From assembly GCF_001949145.1 (NCBI RefSeq), contig NW_019091360.1, positions 499,674 through 552,680 on the forward strand: a stretch of 53,007 bases of DNA. The letters run 5' to 3'. The DNA comes from Acanthaster planci (Eukaryota). Under the pieces are notes generated by a model. It had not been told where the DNA came from. It made no database searches and saw only the letters and a list, made by a program, of their open reading frames with translations. Each line of letters opens with the position of its first letter. Position 1 is the stretch's first letter. This document shows positions 38,600-51,199 of the stretch, piece after piece. The position numbers and the translations under genes were made by a program.

Positions 38600-39900
38600 G
38601 AAAAAGCAAATATGCTATCAGCTACTGCTTGATCGTTTCCTTGTTTACATACACTCGGCAGGATTCTACCGGATTCATTGCGCGCTACCGGGTCCCTACG
38701 CATGTTCATGTTACAGGACAGCGCATAATTTTATTTTAGGGGTATCTCCGGGGACAGAGGCGAATAAAAAAATCGCGTGGCTTACCCCGATAAAATTTAA
38801 ACGAAAAGTGAAAAACCGGAGGCGGCCAACTTCTTACAGAGAGTCAACAGGCGGCGAAGTGCTACTTCGGCCCGATTTTGCCGAACGAAAGAAGGTAGTC
38901 GGGTTCATCGGGTCTGGAAACCTAACTACTGTATGGATATGTTACGCCCCAACTATAGCATCAGTCCCAACTATAGTTGGGACGGTCCCAACTGTAGTGC
39001 TGCAGTTATACGTCGCGATGCATATGCCTCGCAGTTGGGCTGGCCCAACTATTGTTGACCAATGTCTGTGGGGAATGTCTCAGCATTATCCAAGTCAATG
39101 CGTCTCACACTTGACACAATTCATCTAAAATGTGGCACTTCATCGGTTCATCTAGCCATATGACCAATGACATGACATTTGTAAACAATACGACTTTGGC
39201 ACATGCTGGGCACATCGTGCACACAGGACCTCTCTGCTGTAGTTGGGCCGGCCCAACTGTAGCGCTCTAGTTGGGACGGGCCCAACTATAGTTGGGACTG
39301 GCCCAACTATAGTTGGGACTGATGCTATAGTTGGGGCGTAACAGATATAACCTACGTTGCGGCGTTGGGCAGTCGATATACATATGTACATGTACAGGAC
39401 GTGTACATGTACATGTATATGTACGTTACGCGTACCGTATGTCATCTTTAACTTTTAAGCTTAAGATTTCATGGAATTCGACCTTGAACTTCTTCCGGCA
39501 AACAGGTGAACAGCTATGACAAGAGGTCCCTATTTGTTTGGTCCGTCTGGTCGTGGTCTAGTGTAGTTTTATTCCTAGTGATCTGCCATTAATTTTGTTA
39601 GTCTCCCTCCATCATGATCAGTTGACAATGGTCGAACTGACGGTACGGACCGGCCATGCTGTTTAGCGTCAACAAGCGGAGCGTCAACACGTATCATACA
39701 AGTATGCGTCAATAAAGCGTCAACAACTCTAAAATACCCCCTAAAGATGGTCTTATCATAATTTAGAGACTCTGAGACCTGCCACTGTGTAAGTGAAACA
39801 TCGAATTCTCTTCCAGACATGCCAGATTCAAGCAGAAAAATGAAACTTTTTCGCGATGTTGGCCTATGGAGGCCGCCATCTTTCCTTACAAAATTACTCC
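38600..39900. promoter_or_regulatory. Candidate shared promoter region of divergent NAGS and RNF41
   Basis: CpG-retaining stretch; minus-strand donor GGG|GTAAGC at 38786/38785; ETS-like CTTCCGG (~39492); YY1-like GCCGCCATCTT (~39872). No transcript evidence. Confidence 0.3.
38929..39356. mobile_element. MITE with long TIRs built from CCCAACTATAGTTGGG palindromes
   Basis: GTTACGCCCCAACTATAGCATCAGTCCCAACTATAGTTGGG at the left is perfectly mirrored at the right. Confidence 0.85.
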
Positions 39901-40916
39901 ACCATCCGCATGAATACAAGATTTTCAGTAATGTGATACATTGAATATGATATGTAGGAACCTTACTTATAAAATTGTAAATATGAAATATTTGCATAAA
40001 AATGCTTGAATATTTAGTTGACGCTTTGTTGATGCTTAATAATAACATGACCCAACTCATAAGCCTTATTGTAGAAGCATGTAGTGATTTTGCACAACAT
40101 TAAAAAGGCAGTTTGCCCCTTTTTCCTTCCAATATTGGCTTTCTACCATTGTGCAAAATTACTCACGCCCATCAGCAATAATAGGACTTATCAATCACAC
40201 CAGCCACAGCATCATGACATGAGAGATGAGCATGTTTCTTACTCTCTAGTTTATGGCCTAACGACGTTACTAGCAACGTTAATAACAGGCTGTCAGTCAC
40301 TTTGCGTGTTTCCACTTCCACGACGCCCTGTGCCACTTACCCCCTCCCCCATCGCCACTTTGCCCTATCCCCACATTGCCCCGCCACCACCTTGCCCTAG
40401 CCGGCTTAGGCTAGGGCAAGGTGGCCTAGCCAGTCTACTGGACTCCCTCCATATCCTAGGCCCCACAGCGGTCCATTGAAAAAGCGGAGACTCAGCAAAA
40501 ATGCCTTCTAAACCCTTTTTGTGTGTATGATTCACGCACCCCATCAATACTCTGATGTATTACTTTGGGTGATTTCCAATTTGTAGAAGTCCGTGAAATT
40601 TTGGTTTTGATTTGGGCCATTCATTTACCACAGCAATTAACTCCTGATCATTGACCGATGCCAAACACAGTCGTGGTACCAAGTATGTTTAGACACAATA
40701 GACAGTGCATTTCTTTACAGGAAGAATTCACTACACTGTTGGAAACTCACAAGCATTAATCTTTAATGCGTGAATCCCTTTAATCATGTAAACCTTTTAA
40801 TCACAGTAACTCAAAATATAAATGAAGGTAAGTATTTTAACTTGACAAGCTTCAACCCTTCCAACTCCACCGTCATTAAAACAATCAGATTAATGTTAGG
40901 TGTAAACATCTTAATG

Positions 40917-41323
40917 CCTAACCCTAACCCTCCCAAGTCCTCCAAATTCCTTTTATGTAAAGTGGAGGAATTTGGAGGATTCAGGTTGTATGGCAAAAGT
41001 GCATGGCTGATTTCGAAGAATGGCATACGTGAAGGTCGTGGATTCGACCTTATGTTGTTTGTGCTTAGTCAAGCGCAAATTTAGCCCGTTATTTCTTTTA
41101 AATCAACTGCACAGCTCAAGAATGCCATTCGCACTGCCACAACATTATGAGAGAAATTTCCGGAGGATTTTGCAGGATTTGGGCAGTTAGGCACACCTCC
41201 AAATGACATTTTCAAGAAATTTTGGAGGATTTGGGCTGATTGCAATTTTTTCATGTTGAAAATCAGAGGATTGTTAGGATTCAGAATGGTTCCGAATAAA
41301 GAGGCCGAGGGGGTTAGGGTTAA
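40917..41323 (+). mobile_element. MITE family B, copy 2
   Basis: CTAA|CCCTAACCCTCC ... GAGGGGGTTAGGG|TTAA; collinear with 30978-31377. Confidence 0.8.
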
Positions 41324-41913
41324 ATGAACGTGTAATGCAGTGTTTTTGTGGGGAAATAATGACACAAGTCATTGGATGCAAAAGCTTGCCTTGGATTAGG
41401 CGACTCCTTACAAAAAACCTGGAAACCCACAGAAAACATGAAAAAACTACCGAACACAGAAAAGCAGGGACTAACAGGGAAACCCAATCTCGCACACTTG
41501 GATGCTATATGCAGATGTACTTTTGAAAGTGTCAGACTGCCACCTACCCTTTTCCCTGATTTGAGCATCCTAGTGTCCCAGGGAAACTTCATGGAATGCT
41601 GCCCCTATCTACACTGTGTAAATTGTTGGGTTTAAACCTACATGAATAAGTGTTGACCTCAGAGTCTCAGAAAATGTTGTCCAACTGACAGGCTGCCCAT
41701 TGGGCCAGCAGTACAGAAATGCTGATTGGAAAGATGCTTGCTTTTCCAAGTACCAAGTGCTTACTACTGTACAGTACTTGAACCTCACTCAGTATTGGCA
41801 TACCAACAATGTACTCTACAAGTGACTGAAGATAAAGTAACTGCTGAATTTGTTGTTTCATAGGTACTGTGTGCATTTAGTGGATCTTCTTGCTGGGCAA
41901 ATGGTCAAGAAAA

Positions 41914-42873
41914 ATGGGATTTGAAGTGGGACGTTTCCGCGGTGATGTGGATGAAGAGCTTATCTGCCCAATTTGTAGTGCAGTCTTAGAAGATCCCGTG
42001 CAGGCACCAGAATGTGAGCATGCCTTTTGTTCTGTATGTATCCATGAATGGTTGAGCAGACAACGCACATGCCCAGTGGATCGCAATCCCATTTCTTCCC
42101 AGCAGTTGAAGCCAGTGCCCCGAATATTACGCAATTTACTGTCTCGCTTGTACATTGCATGTGATAATGCCAGCTTTGGGTGTTCGGCCGTCATCAAGCT
42201 TGATTCCCTTCAGCAACATCTAGAGGAGTGTGAACACAATCCCAAGCGACCAGTCCAGTGTGAGCAAGGCTGTGGTATGGTCATTCCCAAAGATGAGCTC
42301 AAAACACACAACTGTGTCCGTGAACTAAGGGCTGTTGTCGAGGAACAAGCATCAAAGATAGGAGATTATCGGGCTGAAGTTGAGGATGTCAAACGCTCCC
42401 TGGCAGAACATCGCCATGAAATGCAAATGCTCAAGGATTACATACGAGCAATCAGAGTCTCAACACCAAATGCTAATCCATCAGTTCAGGCAATTGAAGA
42501 TGAATTGGAAAACAATGAGATAGTGCGGTGGGTCAACACAGTTCCCTTAGCAAAGGTCACTCGTTGGGGAGGCATGATCTCAACCCCAGATGCTGTACTA
42601 CAAGCTGTTATCAAGCGATCTCTCCAGGAAATCGGCTGCCCACCCCACCTTGCCACTGAGTTAATGGAGAACGCTCATGAACGCAATTGGCCACATGGCC
42701 TGTCGACTCTGGAGACACGACAAATGAATAGACACCTGTATGAGCGTTATGTTACCAGGCGTATACCAGGCAAGCAGGCAGTACTTGTCATGGCATGTGA
42801 CAATGTACACATGGGGGAAGAAATGTCGCTTGAACCAGGATTAGTCATGATATTTGCACATGGCATTGAGTAA
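41914..42873 (+). CDS. RNF41: E3 ubiquitin-protein ligase NRDP1 (RING finger protein 41), 319 aa, single coding exon
   Basis: MGFEVGRFRGDVDEELICPICSAVLEDPVQAPECEHAFC..CPVDR RING (terminal Asp as in NRDP1), SIAH/TRAF-type zinc finger, coiled coil and USP8-binding domain (VTRWGGMISTPDAVLQ...HERNWP...PGLVMIFAHGIE*). The true ATG is at 41914, not the TTG at 41890. Candidate acceptors at 41863 and 41880. Confidence 0.97.
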   Translation: MGFEVGRFRGDVDEELICPICSAVLEDPVQAPECEHAFCSVCIHEWLSRQRTCPVDRNPISSQQLKPVPRILRNLLSRLYIACDNASFGCSAVIKLDSLQQHLEECEHNPKRPVQCEQGCGMVIPKDELKTHNCVRELRAVVEEQASKIGDYRAEVEDVKRSLAEHRHEMQMLKDYIRAIRVSTPNANPSVQAIEDELENNEIVRWVNTVPLAKVTRWGGMISTPDAVLQAVIKRSLQEIGCPPHLATELMENAHERNWPHGLSTLETRQMNRHLYERYVTRRIPGKQAVLVMACDNVHMGEEMSLEPGLVMIFAHGIE

Positions 42874-44176
42874 TCTTGAACTGTTGAACGTACTGTCAGA
42901 AATTTGTCCTGTTATTAACAGTTGTATTTAATGTACAAAACATAACCTCTTTTAGTTGGCCAGATTTTTTGCAGTAATATGCTTGTCATGTTTTGTTTGT
43001 ATGTTAATACTAACAGGCCACATAAATTTAACTGTAACATTTGTTGCTTGTACTTTTTGTCAAGGTCTACATGTACATGTACAGCAGCCAATTTCATCAA
43101 ACATGGTATAACTTCACACCATGCGTAAGCCTTGTGCCACAAATTTGTGTTGTACACATGTTCATGTAGCTGTGCAGAATACTTTCTGTTAATTTACAAA
43201 AAGTTGCTTATTAGCTGCACATTTTGATTATTTCATGGGTGAATATGATTATCACTTTTATGACGGCTGTTCCTTAGCAGTGTTAGAGCACTTACCAAAC
43301 AGTCCTTGAATTACCCCAGCCTGGCGTTTGAAAAAAGTTCTGTCTTTTCTCTGAAAAATCCCAGAGTTCTCTCACAGCCAAACAAGTTTGTCATTTCCTC
43401 AAAGAAACAAAGTAATTTTTCCTGTTAATTTTAAGTTGAAAATAATGATCCTTAACTAAACATGATTAAATGTAGTTAGTTACCAGTACAATGTACTTTC
43501 ATCATCTTTACTTAGTGTTACACAACTTACTCTGTAGAATGATTGCATAAGTTATGCCATAAATGTGTTATACAAGTTACTGACTTACTGCATTAATTTC
43601 CTGAAATGTGTCATATTTTGTTGTACAATTACACATGTGACGTACAGAAAACGTGTGTAAGTGAAGTGACCCCATCATTTAACATTTCCTGACATTGGCT
43701 GCAGAGGTCTCATACATTTTACATGTAGCCTTTCACAAATACTACCCTGCTCATCAGGCCATGATGAGATCAACTTCTGAGTACACGTTTTGTGCACGTA
43801 CACTTACACTGTACATGTACACCCCATACCGTGTACACTGTACACATGCATCCAAAAGTTATGGTATAACCCATTCTTTGGTTTAGCACTCTAACAGACT
43901 GGTAATTGTAAACTTCTTTACATTGTATGTTGTGGTGATTTGAATGTGATAAAACATACCTGTACCTGTGTACAGGTTCCTCGTGAAGTGCCCATTTTAC
44001 AGGTAAAGTGGTCCCCTCCTTGAGTCCATTCCACTACATGTAGGCCATAGACCTGCTGCATGTACATGTATGAGATTGACCAGTGTGTAGTTGTACATTG
44101 TGTAGACTGTGAAAAAGCCCAAATATGTTGACCCTGGTAGAGTCGTTCACAAATTTGTTAATATCTTCAGTATGTG

Positions 44177-44242
44177 AGTTTATAAAATGTAAGTCTTATT
44201 CTGTACATAAGTTTATAAAATGTAAGTCTTATTCTGTACATA
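44177..44242. repeat. Perfect 33-bp tandem duplication
   Basis: AGTTTATAAAATGTAAGTCTTATTCTGTACATA x2. Confidence 0.9.
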
Positions 44243-47200
44243 ACTGTGTTGGTCAGTCTCATGACTTAGGGGGTCAGTCTCACAGATTTTCTTGAAATTT
44301 TCTGATTTTTTTTTTCCACAAAACTCCAAAACCTAATTTTTAGTGTTTTTGATCATGCGGTTTGTGAGATACCCGAACAGGTCATTGAATTTTTGTACCG
44401 TATATTGGAAGCACAGTGAGTGCACTTTGGGCTTTCTTTTGGCAAAATTTCAAAAAAAATAATTTTGCACCCTGCAAGGGATCAGAGGTCAATGTTCTGT
44501 TTGCCTGACCTCATTCCTGTATTCCACATGACATCATTATGGTCTTTTAACACACTGCAAAATTCCTTTGTGTTAAAATTTGATGCTACATGTATACAGA
44601 ATTGCACTGAAGTTTCAACATGGCTGACTGTACAGTATGTTGGAATTTTAGCTGTCGCTGTGTGATTTGCAAACACAAGGGTTTCTCAGAGCTTTAATTT
44701 AAGATGTAATTCATGTCTACATACATGTACGTGTACGTACATGCATCTGTCACTTCTCTTGGGAGATACAGGTGTTCAAAGTCATAGAATTCATACAGAT
44801 CAAAAGGTCAAAATTCAACAACTTTCCAAACCACATGACTTAAAGAACTACAATCTTGGTTTTAGAAGTTTCTCTTCAGACTAAACAATTGTAGCAAATT
44901 TCCAAAAAATCTTTGAGATTGACCCAGAAAGTGTTGGATTTTACATTGAATGACCCATAAAATGTATACAGAACTTCTGTGCACATACATGTATGTGGAA
45001 GTGTCCAGATGAATGTTAATGAAACCATTGATTACATTGCAAGTGCTAAGTCTGTTGCACAAGTCTGTTACCCAAATGTATGTGATATTAACAGCAGCTA
45101 TGCAATGTGTTACTTGTACATGTTCATGTAAATGTTTGTATGTACATGTATACATGTATGTGAAATGAAATTGATGTGGCCACTTTGACCAAAGAAGAAT
45201 ATCTACTATAGCATTTACATTAGTTGCTTTTCTATGCATAGAGCATAACTGAATAAGGGTGGCAATTTGAGTGGATGTACATGTACATGTAGTTAATGGC
45301 TTAGAAAAATCACCATTTGAAGGCTTGTCTCATTTGACTTGAATTGATCTGCAGTGAAAAACCTAGTGCAAAGTAAATTGCCAATTTTTGTGAGGAAATG
45401 CATAGAGTTGATTTGAAAGCCAGTCAATAAGTTGTCACAGTTTGACTCAGTTAACAGCTTAATCAAAAGGTTTGATGATCTTAAGGTAAATTTGTACAAA
45501 TGCTCAGTATCTAAGTATTTGTAATTCAAACCATTGCCTCTTTGTTGAATTAATGAATTTTATTTCATTTTCAGACAAATGAACCCTTAACTAGGAATGT
45601 GTGCATTTGGACTACATGTACATGTATCAAACTTGTATATTAATAAACCTTCAGGTTATGAAGCTGTTGCACTTAAAGTTGATCCGTTCAAATCACGTTG
45701 GGTCATTGGTCATTTTACGAGTAACTGGGTATGAACAAAGGCAACCAGGATATCTTCTAATTATACATGTAATTTATCTGAATATCTACGCGTGACTCTA
45801 CACACAGGACTGCATGGCTTTTGGTACTAGTGATTGCATTTGAAGCAAGATATGGGACGGAGAGAACCCCCCCCGCCTTTGTGTTGGTCATTGTTTGATC
45901 AGAATCTCAGGAATTCTTTACAGAGTTCAAGGGGGGGTGTGTTAGGTAACAATAGTCTACAGTGTGTATAGGGATTGGACAGGTAAGGGGGGGTACCCCT
46001 CCGTCTCATACATGTATCTTGCCTGGTATAAGTGATTGACTTAAACTGAACTTCTTACCAAAATATTCAGTCCTGAGTAGTAATAAAGAAACAATCAACT
46101 GACAGAGGTTTGTCAAACTTATTGATTGTGGATGGTAAACATGCATGAATCTTTCATTATCAAAGGACGTGTGTACCGGTAGCTTACTCGGTGTTAAGTT
46201 ATGATGTCATCTACATGTATTATATCACTTTGCTCTTGGTGATTGACTAATAAATTGCACATGAATGAATACATTTATGAGGCTCATAGGCACTAGTAAC
46301 TTCCAACCACTTACAATCTTGATATTGTCCTTATTCCTTTGTTAACATACATGTGTCATCCATTGTTCAACTTTGAAACATTCACCATAGCTTTAGACAC
46401 TTATATCGTACCAAAGTATAATGTAGGCTTTTGCCTCCTAGATATGTTTAATTTAAAGTCCTTTATTGTGTTAACACTTCTTGTTGTTAATCTGTTATTA
46501 GCTCCTGAAATAGAGCGCACTTGCTTCATTTTAGAGAAATGTTGTGCTGTTCTTAAAGTACATACATGTATACTTCAATCTTCCATGCAAAGTATATCAG
46601 CAAATTTCATACATATATGCCTGCCATTATGTTTAACCATGAAATTAATATTTGTCTTGTAGCTGGCATCCATAGGTGTTGCCAGGCAGGAGGTTGACAC
46701 CCTCCTGATCATTGTCATTTTGGCGATATAGGTGGTTGTGAACAGTGCCATCATGTAGAAAATATACATGTACATGTGTATTTATTTCCTCTTCACATTA
46801 AGTGGCCAGCTCACAGAGATGAAAATTTGTGATTCTAAAACTGACTCTTGAGGAAAATTTCAATTTGCACTGTACGCGTAATTATTCTCAAGATTCGAGA
46901 ACAGAGTTTGTATTCTCTTTCGGAGGGTGTGGACCCTGAATGTAAGAGATGCTTTAGTACACTTTCTTTGCCATTCAGGGGTAATAGTGTACATATATTT
47001 TTATATTTTATCAGTGTTATAACAAGTCATTTCAAGGAAGTGACTTGAGTCAAGTCAGGTCAAGGACAGGTTGAGTCAAATTTATGTTTGAGTCAGTTTG
47101 AAACAGGTTTTTGAAGAATATCTATTAATTTAGTCCAAGAGGTAGTTACTGGGCTGTGAGTCAGTTATCAGTAGTGTAGCAGGCAGGACTTGTTGGTATG

Positions 47201-50200
47201 CATCCACAACCCTTAACTGATGTGATCTGTGAACACAGCTGGGTTTGAATTGTAGTGGTTTATTTGGGCTGCAAGGGTGAGGTCAAAAGACATGCAACTT
47301 CGTGCAAGGAGGCAGAAAGTTGGTATCACCAAAGCAAATGACAATAAGAAAAGGGAAACTCCTAAGTACATTGACACAACATACAGGACTGTTCAAATTA
47401 CAATACACAAAAAACAAAACCTCATAAGGGAGTTAGTATACTGTTCTGTAAGTTTATTAGATCTTTCACTTGTCTGGAATTCAAAGCTATATTACATGCT
47501 GAATTCTAGACCAAAATGTCTTGTGCATTGATAGACCTTTTGTCTTTAACCACTCACGAAGAGTCAGAGGACTGAGTTAAGTCTAATCCCAGCAAGCCTA
47601 GTAACTTCACATTTCTTCAACAAGGTACATGTAACATACTCTTATAAAAGCCATACACTACACTAAGTTCTTTACCAAATCCATTACACGAGAAGTTAGA
47701 TTTGTACGACCAAACTTCTTTCCATCTTTCTCCGAGCAAAACTTGATTTATCTACAATTACAGGCTTTACTAAATCATGAGGATGCTATTCTAACCTGAG
47801 CCTACAGAGGTGGACGGAAGAGGAGGCCACGTAGAATGCATGCGTCATATATTATCAGGAAGCATAAAGACGTACTCTTCACCAAAGATCTTATCGCGCC
47901 CAAAGCAGTGCAAGATGGGTAACGCTGCCAAAAAGGTGTAATTACTGTGGGTGCCATTTGAACAAACTATACGCCTGCACAGTGGATGTACAGGGGCAGC
48001 CGTGCACGCGCGTACCAGGTATGCGTGCCTTGCGCAGCGTCTGTACATTAACTAGACTTGAAATCAAGCCGTAATTTGCTGGATGTGGTCCACCTTCTTC
48101 GCGATGTGTACGCTGTGCGGTTCGGCAGCAATTTAATAACACGCGGGAAAGGTCAGTGCAACCTCGTTCCCCAATATGGGTGTCCGACTGTACCCAATTG
48201 AACATTTTGCAAGCCCTTTTGTGCACAACATATGGGCTTGCTACCAAAATTGGATGAAGCACTTTGATTGGTTAAGAATCCTGATAATATGAATATTTAT
48301 TTCAGTTGCAACTTGATTGGTCAGTTGAACGTTTATTAACAATAACCACAGTCTCGTTCATTGAAGGTGTTTACATTATCCTAAAAGACGATTTGAATAA
48401 AAGCATTGATTCTCACCAGAAAAAGATGAAATAGATTGTTAACAGATTTCTTCTTGAATAGTTATGTATACTTTTTCTCTAAGCATCATATTAAAATGGA
48501 AATTAATGCAAGATATGAAAGAAACTGGCACTAATCAATGTAGACATCGCTATAAATAACGGATGAGTCTTCTGCAGCGTGATCTACTCATTGGCGCTCA
48601 ACATGGAAATATATGAATCATGCAGTTCAGTTGTTGCATAACATGAAAATCTATCCAGAATCAGGTTGATCACGTCGTACTTAAGGCGGCTACAGGGGTT
48701 GTAGGCCAACGTGTATGGGCGGCCAAAAAGGCCAAAATTATTTTTAACAAAAATAAACAATACGAGCATCTAAAAAAAACAATTTAAATCTAAAAAAAAC
48801 AATCACGAAAACCATTTGAGAAACAAATTATTAAAAATTTTAATAAAAAAAAGAAAAGTTACGTCACAAAAAAAAATTCACCAAAAATGAATAATCACGG
48901 GAGAACAACATTTTCTTATCAAAATGTATGGTAAAACAAAAAACAAACTCTAAAACATTTATAACAGAAATAATTCAAAAAATAAATAACCAACATCTGA
49001 AAACAATATGCCCCAAATAGTTCCCAAAGTGAAAACAGTAAATGAAAATACAAAATAATTGAAAAAAAAAAGAAACAAAATTGTCCAAACCATAGGTCGC
49101 CAGCAGTTCTTGAGAGAGATGTTCCTTGTCGCAGACGTTGTATGCCCTGCAAACAAGTGCCCAGTTAAATAAAGACTTGATCTTGGGTGATGGAACGAAG
49201 CGCTGTGGAGGTATGTATCTGTATGAGTGGGTTTCCAGTAGACTTGGCGGGCAAGACAGCCATCCTGGTTTCTGGAAACCTGAACGTCAAAAAATGAGAA
49301 GTTGCAATCCTTTTCTTGCTCTATGGTGAATTTTGTGAGCTGATGGACTGGTGTAAATTCGAATATACAGTTCGCATATAAGTTCGGAATGTACCATTCT
49401 AAACGGGGTTTTGAATTTGATGTACGTTTTCGTGTGTATTCACAAAGTAGTTAAAATAAATAATTATTGTTTTCTCAGGTTTATTATTTTTATTGTAAGG
49501 TTTTCTGTACGTGTGTCTTTAGTAGGCCTATGTAGGTTTATGTTGAAATAAGAACGTGCATAAAATACGTACAAAGAAAAGGAACACCACAAACCATATT
49601 GATGACAGAATAAAAATGAAATAACCAAAAACACTGTCCCACCCTGCAGCATGATGGATGCATTCACTGGAAATGTATGGATATGGAATAAGTTTGAATT
49701 AAAATTCTGGCATAGTTTGACCTTTCCGATAGAGGAGGATGAATAGGAATGAGGTTAAAGAGAATAATTTGCACAAGTAAATAAAATATGATAATTAAAA
49801 TAGAAAATGAGTCATCTTGTATGATGTCATGCTGTGGTGGTAGAATACTGACTGGGCACTTCGGTATTAAGTGAGCATCGATCTCAGACAATCCCCAGAC
49901 AAGGAAGGGAACCGTGCGGTAGGTCGTGTGTACTCCGGAGGTGAGTGTCGAGTACTTCGGAAGCGATTGATACAATCAAAAGAACTCAATCATCGGACCA
50001 ATGTGGGTGGTAATGGGGTATCTAAAGACCAATCACAATGGCAATTCTTAATTTCACCTTTTATGAAACTTAATTATATTTAAAACAATCTATTACGTAA
50101 AACTAGATAAAGATGCTATTGACGTCAAAAGTACTACATATGTAGTTGAAGTCCCCCTCATATCAACCAAACTGAAAACAAAAGTCGTCGGGAGCATCCA

Positions 50201-50225
50201 ACAGAAGCCTGTTTTGATGACGTCA

Positions 50226-50350
50226 TAATAGCGCTTCTCCAAGAGTTTGCAACACGTTGACCAATCACAATGCACAAAATCTGTCTACCCAATGTGCGTT
50301 TGGAAAGGTTCGACAGATTTTGGGCATTGTGATTGGCCAAGGCGTTGCAG
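50226..50350. mobile_element. Partial copy of the palindromic MITE at 3511
   Basis: CCAAGAGTTTGCAAC..TTGACCAATCACAATGCACAAAATCTG..GACAGATTTTG..TTGTGATTGGCCAA. Confidence 0.75.
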
Positions 50351-50669
50351 AATCACCCGTGTTAAAGGTCTATTTCATTATTTGGGGGCGAAAGTGACCG
50401 CGTACTTGCTCGCACCTCACTGTGAATTAAAAGAGGTCGGACAGTGAGAGCGACTTGGAATTGCTTTCACATCGACAATCGCGGTTGATCAACACTGAAT
50501 CATATGATTAAGTTCAACTGTCCCAATTTGAACCGGAGTAAGATTCTGATACATTTCAGGCAGATGGCCACAGTCATTTGCCAAAAATGACATCTAACTT
50601 GCTGTACCCGTTTTTTCTCTGTTCTGCTATCCGCCCGAGCTGAAGTGCACCCCCAGTCGGCGAAAGAAA

Positions 50670-50790
50670 GACATGTAGTTACAAGTCGAAGAAACTGAGA
50701 GTAAGGGATGGAGTTCTTACACTTGAGGGGGTGAGACGATTGGTAGTGCAGGTAGCTGTTCATTCATAACTGAATCTGCTTGCCCTGAAG
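50670..50790 (-). mobile_element. Penelope-like retroelement RT C-terminal fragment
   Basis: NSYLHYQSSHPLKCKNSIPYSQFLRL is a characteristic Penelope-like motif. Confidence 0.75.
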
Positions 50791-50852
50791 AAGGTACTCA
50801 TAAAGTTACCGAAAGCTTGGCAATCACATATTGCAGAGCACTGATTTGATAT

Positions 50853-51196
50853 TGTTACGGGCGCGAAATTTGGGAATTGAGTACACAATTGTCGACTCGG
50901 CGAGGATGGGCAAGCTGGAGAGATCGTCGTCGGTTCAAGAATAACAACAGGTTTATTGTCTCTCAACACTGCCTGTACACACCGTACCAGATGCGTGCGA
51001 TCCTATGCATAAAACCTTAACGTTGAGGCATGTGCATTGCGAGCGAACGTTGAGTGAGACGCGCTCCTTACTCTGTGCGAGGTTGCTAGAACCTGTCACG
51101 ATCTGAACCAGGTCTGAGCTGAGCCCCGTGCCCAAAGATCGTATAGTGCCGCGTGGCGGCGCAAGATGGGGAACTTCACCGTGATGACGCGTAAAA
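50853..51196 (-). mobile_element. Probable LTR sequence
   Basis: Begins TGTTACG and ends CGTAAAA (near-inverted), with AATAAA on the minus strand (~50952). CpG-rich; no clear target-site duplication. Confidence 0.4.
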
Positions 51197-51199
51197 TGT

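Noticed and set aside
38571..39128. 185-aa plus-strand ORF
   Set aside because: It has no recognisable domain and runs into a palindromic MITE.
41890..41913. N-terminal extension MLGKWSRK of RNF41
   Set aside because: It relies on a TTG start, and homology begins at MGFEV (41914).
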